Translations under genes and position numbers: made by a program
Notes under the pieces: model-generated
What the model was told of the DNA's origin: nothing
What the model saw: the letters and a program-made list of their open reading frames with translations, nothing else
Database searches by the model: none
Part shown: positions 55,905 to 64,000 of the stretch, one piece after another
How positions within the stretch are numbered: position 1 is the first letter of the stretch
Layout: each line of letters starts with the position of its first letter
DNA from: Parcubacteria group bacterium
GTDB taxonomy: Bacteria; Patescibacteriota; Minisyncoccia; UBA6257; Colwellbacteraceae
Direction: 5' to 3'
Length of the DNA stretch: 64,000 nt
Assembly (NCBI GenBank): GCA_041649615.1
Contig: JBAZMT010000002.1
Span: forward strand, 10,017 to 74,016

Positions 55905-56179
55905 TGGCGTTTGAATGGAAATTAATAGGGGACGATACGGGCGACGCAAAAACGGAAACTTCACAACCAGCGCAATCAACGCCTGTTCCACAGCCGGTGA
56001 CTTCGCAATCGGAGAATCCAAAGCCTGCGCAGTCAGAAGCGGAAACGCCTGCTAACGGACCGGCTTGTCCGAACCATAACGCATCGGAGAATACGGGTTA
56101 TCACAACGTTCATGACTCGGGAGTTTATAACTCGTATGATACGGGAGCGAACGTAGATGAGAATTCGGTAGTTGGTTAA
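55904..56179 (+). CDS. MAFxW-family protein A (91 aa): candidate precursor/substrate of the radical-SAM enzymes
   Basis: Starts 'MAFEWKLIGDDTGDAKTE'; Pro/Gln/Ser/Asn-rich; shares its N-terminal motif with the next two genes. Confidence 0.5.
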   Translation: MAFEWKLIGDDTGDAKTETSQPAQSTPVPQPVTSQSENPKPAQSEAETPANGPACPNHNASENTGYHNVHDSGVYNSYDTGANVDENSVVG

Positions 56180-56203
56180 TTTTTTTAAAAAAAAGAAAGA
56201 TAA

Positions 56204-57124
56204 ATGGCGTTTACTTGGAGCTCGCTTAGCGCGGGAAGCCCAATTGAAGACGAAGACTATAACGAGGTTAAAACAAACCTCGATTCGGTGTATTCGGCTT
56301 TAGGAATTTCCAGGCCAAGCTGCTCGGGGCCAGGATGGACGGTTTTGCCCGTATCAAGCGGTTCGGCGATAACTTCGGCTCAATCACAGCAGTTAAGGGA
56401 CGTAACGGACTATGCCGATACGAATTGGTGTAAGACGCACAACACGGCGCATTGTAGCGGAGTTAATTCTACTGAAAATGTAACTCATAATAGCGGTAAT
56501 AATGCAACAGTTAATGCGACGGCCAATACAACCGTTAGATCAACCCACAATTCTGGTCATTATACCTCTTACAACGCAACGGTGGATGCGTCGGATTATG
56601 TGAATGATTTCATGACTAACTGTTACCATTACATTGCTGCTGATTCTGCGGCAAAGGTAAATGATTATGTGACTGTTCAGACTATGCACTTCTCCGCTTT
56701 TCAATCTGGCCTATGTGGACAGGAGAACACTACACATAATACCACTGTTCGAGCAGCGCATTGGGGTCCTTTTAATGGAACGGTTAATTTAACAGTAAGA
56801 GCAGCGCACAATGCCGATTACGACAGTCCCGACAACATAGGAGCGCAGGCGACAAATAATACCACCCATTACGGTTCAAACTGGAGTCCTTATAACAACG
56901 GCGTTAATACGTCTGTAAGGAGCGCTTATTACGTTGATAACGACGCGCCCGATTACATAAGCGTAAGAACAACGCATAATACCACTCATTTAAGCGCGCA
57001 TAATGGTACTGTTCGAGCCGCCTATTGGGGGCCGTATAACGGAACGGTATATACGACGCACAAGGGAACACATCACTCAAATTATGACGGGACGGATAAC
57101 AGTACGGTGAGAAGCGTTTATTAA
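56204..57124 (+). CDS. MAFxW-family repeat protein B (306 aa): Asn/Thr/His/Tyr-rich, candidate radical-SAM substrate
   Basis: Leader-like N-terminus 'MAFTWSSLSAGSPIEDEDYNEVKTNLDSVYSALGI'. Repeated modules 'NTTH', 'TVRAAHWGPFNGTV', 'NNTTHYGSNWSPYNNGVNTSVRSAYYVDNDAPDYIS'. No signal peptide. Confidence 0.55.
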   Translation: MAFTWSSLSAGSPIEDEDYNEVKTNLDSVYSALGISRPSCSGPGWTVLPVSSGSAITSAQSQQLRDVTDYADTNWCKTHNTAHCSGVNSTENVTHNSGNNATVNATANTTVRSTHNSGHYTSYNATVDASDYVNDFMTNCYHYIAADSAAKVNDYVTVQTMHFSAFQSGLCGQENTTHNTTVRAAHWGPFNGTVNLTVRAAHNADYDSPDNIGAQATNNTTHYGSNWSPYNNGVNTSVRSAYYVDNDAPDYISVRTTHNTTHLSAHNGTVRAAYWGPYNGTVYTTHKGTHHSNYDGTDNSTVRSVY

Positions 57125-57136
57125 TATAGAAAACAA

Positions 57137-57937
57137 ATGGCTTTTACTTGGCAACAAAATATAGGAGTGGGTTCTTCCATTGATGCGGCGGATATTTTAG
57201 AAATTCGCACGAACGTTAATACGGTAGATTCTAAAAAATGTGTAACTCACAACGCGGGTGTTAATACAACTTATAATTCTGGGGTAGACAGCACTGATAG
57301 AGCGAGTCATTACTCAGGGCAGAACACAACGGTACGGTCGACTTATAATAGCAGTCAAAACAGTGCAAATAATGTAACTGTTTATACAGGACAAGACTCT
57401 GGTTATCATGGCACTGCCGATGCTGAATTTTGGGGACAGCACCACACAAGTGAAGAAGTGGGAGCGAAAACTTATGTTTATTCAGGCTTTAATACAGGTG
57501 TTTATACAAACCAAGATGCAGGGGTATTCACGGGCAATAATAGTGCTGTTCGAGCTACTCATAATACTACACACGACGGGAGCGATTATGATACGCAATA
57601 TTCTTCGCAGAATACTACCCATAACGGCGCACACTGGAGTCCGTATAACGGATACGTATATACGACAGTAAGGGCAAATTATTATGTGGATAATGATACG
57701 CCCGACTATATATCACACAACACAAACAACAATACCACTCACTACGGTTCAAACTGGAGCCCATATAATTCAAGCGTTAATACGACGGTTAGAGCAACTC
57801 ATAATGCGGGCGTATTGAGCATTCATAATAGCAATCACGACGGAGGAGACTATACGAGCCAGTATTCTACTCATAATCCGAACTATAAAACCGCTCATTG
57901 GGGACCGTATAATGCAACGCACAATCGCAATTATTAG
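57137..57937 (+). CDS. MAFxW-family repeat protein C (266 aa): paralogue of B
   Basis: 'MAFTWQQNIGVGSSIDAADILEIRTNVNTVDSKK' plus the same modules ('NTTHYGSNWSPYNSSVNTTVRATH', 'YYVDNDTPDYIS', 'HWGPYNAT'). Confidence 0.55.
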   Translation: MAFTWQQNIGVGSSIDAADILEIRTNVNTVDSKKCVTHNAGVNTTYNSGVDSTDRASHYSGQNTTVRSTYNSSQNSANNVTVYTGQDSGYHGTADAEFWGQHHTSEEVGAKTYVYSGFNTGVYTNQDAGVFTGNNSAVRATHNTTHDGSDYDTQYSSQNTTHNGAHWSPYNGYVYTTVRANYYVDNDTPDYISHNTNNNTTHYGSNWSPYNSSVNTTVRATHNAGVLSIHNSNHDGGDYTSQYSTHNPNYKTAHWGPYNATHNRNY

Positions 57938-58113
57938 CCTAGAAACTAGAAACCAGTATTTATACGGTAAACTAGAAAACGAATTTGGGTTCTGATTTTT
58001 ACGGGCCTATCTTGATTAGGATTATGGCGGAGACGGACCCTCCTACGCTAAAACTACGGAAGGGTGGCGACTGTCAAGTTGATATAGAGGAACCCCTTAA
58101 CTAAAATAGGAGG

Positions 58114-59403
58114 ATGAGATTTGAGGCGGCCGAACTTTTAACGACCGGACAATGCCCGTTGAGCTGCAAGTACTGTTACATTCCAAAGGTACCGGCGATG
58201 CAGGCGGTGCATGCCGATATCGTTAAAGGATTAGAAGACGGAACGTTTTTAGAAAATTTAAAAAAAATAGTGGGTGATAATCTGACCCACCTTAGTTTTT
58301 GGGGAACGGAACCGGCGCTCACTCTGCCTATTTTAAAAAACAAACTGGACGATATAGAAAGACTTTTTCCAAAGGCGAAAGAGATAGGTTTTTCGACTTC
58401 AATGGTGATGCCCGAGCCGATCATTGACTTTGCAAAGGAGCTTGAAAAAAGAGGACTGAAATTGAATTTGCAGGTTTCGCTCGACGGGCCGGAATTTATC
58501 GTGGACGAGAACCGGTTTCCCGGGGCGGCCAAGAAAATCCCCGAGGCGATACTTCACTTCGTGAAAGAAATGCAAGGGACGAACGTTTATATTGATTTGC
58601 ATTGGAAACCGACGCTCACGATTGAAAATATCCAAGCGATGACCGAAAAACCGGAGAAAATTGACGAATATATTAATTTTTTCCGTGATTTGGAGGCGGA
58701 AATAAAAAAAATAAATACGTCTTCAAACGTCATAATGAGGGAGGGAGGATATATTCCCACGCTTGCCGTACCGGGGAAATTTACATCGGCGGACGGAAAA
58801 TTATTTGCTAAATATTTAAGAACCCTACACAGCAAGGGTTACGAGAGCGCTTATTCGCATCGACTAACAAGAATAATAAACTATTCGGACGAATTAGGAC
58901 CAAAGAGAAGAATGTTTACCTGTTCGGGGGGAGATTCAAACGTGGGAGTAGGCGACAGTTTGCATATTTGCCACCGAACTTTTTACTTAAACGATCCGCG
59001 TTATGTGGGGGCGGTATTGGAAAAGGAAGGAATAGAGAATTGGGATGTTTCCATCTTTAACCAAGGACTCGTAGACCATTTGAGAGAGTGGTATATGCCT
59101 TCGGTTGACGATGAACTGAAACTCCAGAACTTTGATTATATTTTAAGAGGGTATCATGACTTCTGGGCGATTAAACTTTCTTCAATCGAGGTGATGACAA
59201 AGGAGCTTGCTCTCGCGGGGCAAGCCGACCCATTGTTTTTGGAAAACAAAGATTATATGAGTTTATTTACGCTTTTTATGGCAACCGCGCATTCGTGCCC
59301 GATGGAGGCGGTTTTAAACACGGGGACGCTTCAACTTACGCCCGTGTCGCTCATAAGAATGTTCGGGAACGGAGCCTTCAGGGAAATAATAAAAATCGTA
59401 TGA
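58114..59403 (+). CDS. radical SAM enzyme (CxxxCxxC), paralogue 1
   Basis: AGGAGG SD; 'GQCPLSCKYCY' rSAM cluster motif; C-terminal Cys-containing 'FTCSGGD...SLHICHRT'. Confidence 0.8.
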   Translation: MRFEAAELLTTGQCPLSCKYCYIPKVPAMQAVHADIVKGLEDGTFLENLKKIVGDNLTHLSFWGTEPALTLPILKNKLDDIERLFPKAKEIGFSTSMVMPEPIIDFAKELEKRGLKLNLQVSLDGPEFIVDENRFPGAAKKIPEAILHFVKEMQGTNVYIDLHWKPTLTIENIQAMTEKPEKIDEYINFFRDLEAEIKKINTSSNVIMREGGYIPTLAVPGKFTSADGKLFAKYLRTLHSKGYESAYSHRLTRIINYSDELGPKRRMFTCSGGDSNVGVGDSLHICHRTFYLNDPRYVGAVLEKEGIENWDVSIFNQGLVDHLREWYMPSVDDELKLQNFDYILRGYHDFWAIKLSSIEVMTKELALAGQADPLFLENKDYMSLFTLFMATAHSCPMEAVLNTGTLQLTPVSLIRMFGNGAFREIIKIV

Positions 59404-60722
59404 CATACCAGGAAGAAAACAATCAGTTAGTAGAATCGTTCTTGAATCACAGCTTCTTCAAGGGATTTAAACATCCCGAGCTTAAAGAAAGCGAGAATTT
59501 TAAATCGTTAGAGCTTTTCTTTAACGACAAATGCAACTTAAAGTGTAAATACTGTTATCTGCAACGGTTTGGAGAAAAACTGTATCCGCACGAACATCAA
59601 GACGGGGAAACACTTCTTAAAAATTTAAAAATGCTTTTGGATTGGTTGAACGAGAAAGAATACGTGCCGGAACACATAGAAATATTCTCGGGAGAAGTAT
59701 TTATCCAAGACGCAGGTTGGAAGGCGATAAATATGATCCTTGACAACTATAAGGACAAAGAAAAAAAGCCGGAATACATAGTGGTGCCAACAAACTTTAC
59801 TTTTATACTCTCGTCTGACCTCACAAAAAAGGTAGAGGATTTACTTACTAAGGCCAAAGAAGTTGGTCTACCTATAGGACTTTCCTCATCATTTGACGGG
59901 AAATACTGCGAAGTAAACAGACCTTTTAAGAGCGGGAAAGAGATAAGGGACGACGCTTATTACGACAAAGTTTTTGAATTTTCCAAAAAATGGGGAACGG
60001 GGTTTCATCCGATGGTCTACTCGGAGCATATTGAAGACTGGCAGAAGAATTGGTTGTGGTTCCAAGAAAATTTTTCAAAGCATCGGCTGCCGTGGAAAAA
60101 TATCTATCTTTTAGAAGTTCGGAACGTGGAATGGACCGAAAGGCAGATGGCGGATTTGGGGAAGTTTGTGGAATTTTTGATCCATTGGACTTTTGACAAT
60201 CCTTGCCATGGAGACGTAGGCACGTATTTAGATTTTCTCTTTGATGGAGGATACAACATTTTAAGGAACCCTTTGACGACCATCGGGAGAGGAATCGGAT
60301 GTTCCATTCAATCAAATTTGGTTTTGAGACTCGGGGATCTGTCTCTTGTGCCGTGCCATAGAACGTCTTATTCGCCCTTTAACTTCGGCAAATTTAAGGT
60401 AGAAAACGGCAAAATAACGAGTTTTGAATCAAAGAACGTAGATATGATGGTCGCCATATATTCTTTTGACGCGAGTACCCAGCCTTATTGCGAACAGTGC
60501 CTTCTGAAGACTTTGTGTTCGTTCGGGTGTTTGGGAAGCCAATTAGAAGTTACCGGGGACCCGTTTACGCCTATTCCTTCCGTTTGCCAGATGGAGCACA
60601 TAAAAGTGGCTTCAATGATTAAGGCCTATAAAGAACTCGGCATGTTAGAGCCCGTACTTGCGAGAGTGGGTCAAGGGAAAGCAGACGTACTCCAAGAACT
60701 AGCGAAAATGCTCGGATACTGA
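59400..60722 (+). CDS. radical SAM enzyme with a SPASM-like C-terminal Cys cluster, paralogue 2
   Basis: 'KCNLKCKYCY' rSAM motif; 'SLVPCHRT' shared with paralogue 1; C-terminal 'YCEQCLLKTLCSFGCLG...SVCQMEH' auxiliary-cluster pattern. Its ATG overlaps the upstream stop (ATGA). Confidence 0.85.
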   Translation: MTYQEENNQLVESFLNHSFFKGFKHPELKESENFKSLELFFNDKCNLKCKYCYLQRFGEKLYPHEHQDGETLLKNLKMLLDWLNEKEYVPEHIEIFSGEVFIQDAGWKAINMILDNYKDKEKKPEYIVVPTNFTFILSSDLTKKVEDLLTKAKEVGLPIGLSSSFDGKYCEVNRPFKSGKEIRDDAYYDKVFEFSKKWGTGFHPMVYSEHIEDWQKNWLWFQENFSKHRLPWKNIYLLEVRNVEWTERQMADLGKFVEFLIHWTFDNPCHGDVGTYLDFLFDGGYNILRNPLTTIGRGIGCSIQSNLVLRLGDLSLVPCHRTSYSPFNFGKFKVENGKITSFESKNVDMMVAIYSFDASTQPYCEQCLLKTLCSFGCLGSQLEVTGDPFTPIPSVCQMEHIKVASMIKAYKELGMLEPVLARVGQGKADVLQELAKMLGY

Positions 60723-60783
60723 TTTTGACACGAATAAACCCGAGCCGTATCATTTAGCCATATAACACTCTGAAAAAAACAAA

Positions 60784-61353
60784 ATGGAAAACCAAATAAC
60801 TAACACTCTGCAAGCCAGCAAATCTCAAGTTGAGCGTATTTTAAATTACGAGGATGATCTAAAGCGCATATTCGCTTCCCAGCATGTCAGCAATATAAAA
60901 AGAACCCTCAATTTTATGACGGAACAACTTACAACCGTTATAAACGGGGGAAACGTTGTGCCGACTTCCGAAGAGATGAATATGGCAGCGGAAATGGCGC
61001 GCGTTTTTGCGAACATTGCGCTTGAGAAACCGATTGAGCCGATATTTCGAGACCTTTCGGCGAGTTATCTTTTGATCATTCACAACTGGAACGAGGCTAC
61101 GATCAAAAATCATAATATTTCCACAAACGTCAAAATGACGAACGGAATCGTGAAGGCGCAACTAACGCTTATGGATACGATAGACGTACTCCAAAAAACG
61201 CTTGAAAAAATAAGAAAAACTCACCTATATGAACCGCCGGCGTTTAATTTAAGTAGATCGTATCTGGATAACTTGAAGAAAGCCATTGAAGAAAAAGGCC
61301 CGGACGCCTTAGTCCCAAAAAAGCCGGATAATGTCTCAAACCAAGAAAGCTAA
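60784..61353 (+). CDS. hypothetical protein (189 aa)
   Basis: Clean ORF downstream of the radical-SAM pair; no family recognised. Confidence 0.4.
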   Translation: MENQITNTLQASKSQVERILNYEDDLKRIFASQHVSNIKRTLNFMTEQLTTVINGGNVVPTSEEMNMAAEMARVFANIALEKPIEPIFRDLSASYLLIIHNWNEATIKNHNISTNVKMTNGIVKAQLTLMDTIDVLQKTLEKIRKTHLYEPPAFNLSRSYLDNLKKAIEEKGPDALVPKKPDNVSNQES

Positions 61354-61690
61354 AAAAGACCCGAGAATAGATTCGTTCTCCAGAGCTCTTAATTTATCCA
61401 TTTTTGAAAATTTTTCGGCGCAGGTGAGAGGAAAAGTGGATACGATAAGTAAAAACGCGATTACCGTAAAGGAAGGGAAGGACAAAGTAAAACTTTTGTT
61501 TGACAAGGATTTTCCGCCCGCCGTTATAAAAATAACAATTGGCGGCAAGACCGGGAAAAAAGCCGAGGATATTACTCTTGCGGCCGTTAAGACGGGAAAG
61601 AAGGTGTCGGCCAACGTCGCGTTGCTTCCATCCGGAGAATGGAAGGCCTTTGGAATTGCCATGAGAGAGGAGGTAAAATCCTCAAAGTGA
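61331..61690 (+). CDS. hypothetical Lys-rich protein (119 aa)
   Basis: ORF overlapping its neighbours; weak. Confidence 0.35.
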   Translation: MSQTKKAKKDPRIDSFSRALNLSIFENFSAQVRGKVDTISKNAITVKEGKDKVKLLFDKDFPPAVIKITIGGKTGKKAEDITLAAVKTGKKVSANVALLPSGEWKAFGIAMREEVKSSK

Positions 61691-63264
61691 GAAGAACGGT
61701 TATTTTTGCGGGCGAGGCCGGACAAGGCATTGACCGGACGGCGGTTATTTTTGGGAAAATCGTCGCTTTATTAGGCTATTCGTGCTTCATATATCGCGAT
61801 TACTCATCGCTTATTCGCGGAGGGCATAATTTCAGCATTGTTACTTTTTCGCGAGATGTAGTTAGAAGTCACGATGAAAAGGCGGACGTACTCGTGGCGT
61901 TAGACGAAAAGTCCGTTTTGGGCCATGAGAAAGTGATTCGGAAAGAGGGAATGATTTTTGCGGCAAAGGACATAGATTTGAAAGAAGGTGATAAACACTT
62001 CGTGAATAATGTTCTGCTCGGGATGCTCTTAAAATATTTTTCAATTCCGAAAAGTTCAGGAGTCGGGATTTTAAGAAAGGAAATCGGCGAAAGCGCCATC
62101 AGGGCGTTTGAATATGGTTATTCTAAAGATGTTAAGGGGGTCAATTTGGAGGTTTTGAAAACCGGTGTTTCATTAGAACTTTCTGACGGAAACCATGCCG
62201 TTGCCAAAGCGGCTTTGGATTCGGGGCTGAAAATGGCTTTTTACTATCCGATGACTCCGGCGACAGGAGTATTTGCCGAACTGGAAAGGCAGAAGAGAGA
62301 AAAGAAAATATTAGTGGAGCAAATGGAAGATGAAATCGCAGCCGCGAACGCGATACTCGGGGCAAACTATGCGGGCGTACCAGCCATGACGGGGAGTTCG
62401 GGAGGAGGGATCGCGCTTATGAGCGAAGCGGTAAGCTTTGCCGGAATGGCCGAATTGCCGGCGGTATTTTACGCGGCCCAGAGAATGGGGCCTTCAACCG
62501 GCGTGCCGACTTATACGGCGCAAGGAGATTTGAAATTTGTATTGAATATGGCTCCCGGAGAATTTCCGCGTTTGGTTTTAATCCCGGGAGACGAGGAAGA
62601 CGCGTATAAAGCGACAAGAGAAGCGTTCTATTTCGCTAATAAGTACAGAATACCAGCGTTTGTAATTTCCGATAAACACATTGCCGAGAGCTATTCCACG
62701 CATAAAACGCTAAAAAGCACGCTTCCAAGGGCTGCGGTTTTATCCGAAAAAGCGAGCGATGGTTATCAAAGCTACGCTTTTACCAAAGACGGTATTTCAC
62801 CGGCCATAATACCCGGAGGAGGGCAAATTTTCCGCGCGGCAAGCTACGAGCATGACGAATTCGGCCACACGACAGAAGACCCGGTGATTATAAAAAAGAT
62901 GAACGATAAGAGGCTCCGCAAACTAGAAACTCTTAAAAAAGAACTCACAAAATTCTCTGGAATCTCGGTCTATGGAAAGGGAGAAAAAATAATCGTGTTT
63001 GCGGGTTCGCCAAAGGGAGCGATCCTTGACGCTTTGCCGATGCTTAAAGGATTCAAAGCGATTCAGATCAATAGGCTTGCGCCTTTTCCCGAAAATGAAT
63101 TGGCGAAAGCCTTAAAGGGCGAATTTTACACGGTTGAAAATAACGCGACTGGACAACTGAAAGACATAATAAGAGAAAATTGCGGAGTCAGCGCGAAAAA
63201 AAGTTTTTTGCGTTATGACGGCAGACCATTTACGCCGGACGACATAATCAAATTTTTTAAATGA
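61687..63264 (+). CDS. korA: 2-oxoacid:ferredoxin oxidoreductase alpha subunit with a fused gamma-like N-terminal domain
   Basis: 'VIFAGEAGQG' gamma-domain Gly motif, then the alpha domain ('YYPMTPATG'). Start ambiguous: GTG 61687 or ATG 61639. Confidence 0.75.
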   Translation: MRRTVIFAGEAGQGIDRTAVIFGKIVALLGYSCFIYRDYSSLIRGGHNFSIVTFSRDVVRSHDEKADVLVALDEKSVLGHEKVIRKEGMIFAAKDIDLKEGDKHFVNNVLLGMLLKYFSIPKSSGVGILRKEIGESAIRAFEYGYSKDVKGVNLEVLKTGVSLELSDGNHAVAKAALDSGLKMAFYYPMTPATGVFAELERQKREKKILVEQMEDEIAAANAILGANYAGVPAMTGSSGGGIALMSEAVSFAGMAELPAVFYAAQRMGPSTGVPTYTAQGDLKFVLNMAPGEFPRLVLIPGDEEDAYKATREAFYFANKYRIPAFVISDKHIAESYSTHKTLKSTLPRAAVLSEKASDGYQSYAFTKDGISPAIIPGGGQIFRAASYEHDEFGHTTEDPVIIKKMNDKRLRKLETLKKELTKFSGISVYGKGEKIIVFAGSPKGAILDALPMLKGFKAIQINRLAPFPENELAKALKGEFYTVENNATGQLKDIIRENCGVSAKKSFLRYDGRPFTPDDIIKFFK

Positions 63265-63977
63265 AAAAAGAACCGCAAAACATAAATACAACAGAGAAAA
63301 ATACATGGTGCCCGGGGTGCCTTAATTTCGTAACGCTTGCGACGTTAAAGAAAACGTTAAGAAAACTCCACGACGAGAATAAAATAGATCTGAATAAAAC
63401 GGTTCTTGTTACGGATATCGGGTGCGGAGCGAAGATCTACGATTACATAAACGTCTCTGCCGTTTACGCTTTGCACGGACGAGTGTTGCCGGTGGCGACG
63501 GGAATAAAAGCGGCAAGACCGGAGCTTACGGTAATCGGATTCGGAGGAGACGGAGGAACGTACAACGAGGGAATGAATCACTTGATACATTCGGCAAGAA
63601 GAAACGTGGGAGTAACGATGATCGTTGCGAACAACAGGGTATTTGCCCTTACCAAGGGGCAACCGACGGCGACAAACGAAACGAGTTTCGGGATACCGAT
63701 CGATGCCATAAGACTTTCGCAGGATGCGGGAGCGACGTTTACGATTCGCGCTTCGGCGCTTGCGCCTGATTTTTTAGAAAAAGCTCTGGAAAAGGCAATA
63801 ACGCACAAAGGTTTTTCGCTTTTAGAAATAATCCAGCCATGCCTAATATTTAAAAATGACGTGGATGAGATCCGTAAAGAAACGGAAAAGCTAAAAAAAG
63901 CGGGGATACCGGAGGGAAAGAAGAGGATAACATGGGAGGAGGCAATAAGAGGACATATTGCATCAAAGAGAGACTGA
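63261..63977 (+). CDS. korB: 2-oxoacid:ferredoxin oxidoreductase beta subunit (TPP-binding)
   Basis: 'WCPGCLNF' and 'GFGGDGGTYNEGMNHL' TPP-binding motif. Confidence 0.85.
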   Translation: MKKEPQNINTTEKNTWCPGCLNFVTLATLKKTLRKLHDENKIDLNKTVLVTDIGCGAKIYDYINVSAVYALHGRVLPVATGIKAARPELTVIGFGGDGGTYNEGMNHLIHSARRNVGVTMIVANNRVFALTKGQPTATNETSFGIPIDAIRLSQDAGATFTIRASALAPDFLEKALEKAITHKGFSLLEIIQPCLIFKNDVDEIRKETEKLKKAGIPEGKKRITWEEAIRGHIASKRD

Positions 63978-64000
63978 ACTAAAATTAATTAATAAATGGC

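Noticed and set aside
1-64000. Searched by eye for CRISPR arrays, rRNA genes, transposase or integrase genes, tmRNA, RNase P RNA and SRP RNA
   Set aside because: None found: no regularly spaced direct repeats, no rRNA-like conserved blocks, no DDE or tyrosine-recombinase ORFs, and none of the ncRNA signature motifs I looked for. Absence is by inspection only, not by a covariance-model scan.

Overview
The window looks like a reduced-genome bacterial chromosome, probably Patescibacteria/CPR-like. Inferred from composition and gene content only; no taxonomy can be computed here. It is tightly packed with housekeeping genes: argS (C-terminal part), dus, glyA-folD, recA, rodZ-like, ftsK, ileS, trpS, RNase J, RNase Y, iPGM, HU, infB-rbfA, murF-ddl, valS, tsaD, iscS-iscU, tatCA and korAB. 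Fourteen tRNA genes were found by eye.

The most unusual locus is a tightly coupled operon at about 54.4-61.7 kb. It runs tatC-tatA, a small Tat-signal protein, a small Cys protein, three paralogous repeat proteins that start MAF(T/E)W and are rich in Asn/Thr/His/Tyr, then two paralogous radical-SAM enzymes (CxxxCxxC; the second with a SPASM-like C-terminal Cys cluster) joined by an ATGA start/stop overlap. This looks like an undescribed RiPP-like or radical-SAM protein-modification system.

Other notable items:
- A tRNA-Phe(GAA) gene carries a ~217-nt group I (IC3-like) self-splicing intron in its anticodon loop, with a free-standing HNH endonuclease gene beside it.
- A second HNH endonuclease sits between tRNA-Cys and tRNA-Leu.
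- IleS has a histidine-phosphatase (PGAM-like, RHGE motif) domain inserted into its catalytic body.
- tRNA-Trp and tRNA-Gly(GCC) are each followed by an inverted copy of their own 3' end, plus long perfect palindromes.
- A higher-GC islet next to tRNA-Ser holds a gene fragment, an unknown 202-aa protein and a GIY-YIG gene.
- A PMM/PGM gene is split by a frameshift in an A5 run.
- A near-identical 32-36-bp palindrome occurs after ileS and after iscU.

No rRNA genes, CRISPR arrays or transposases were seen.
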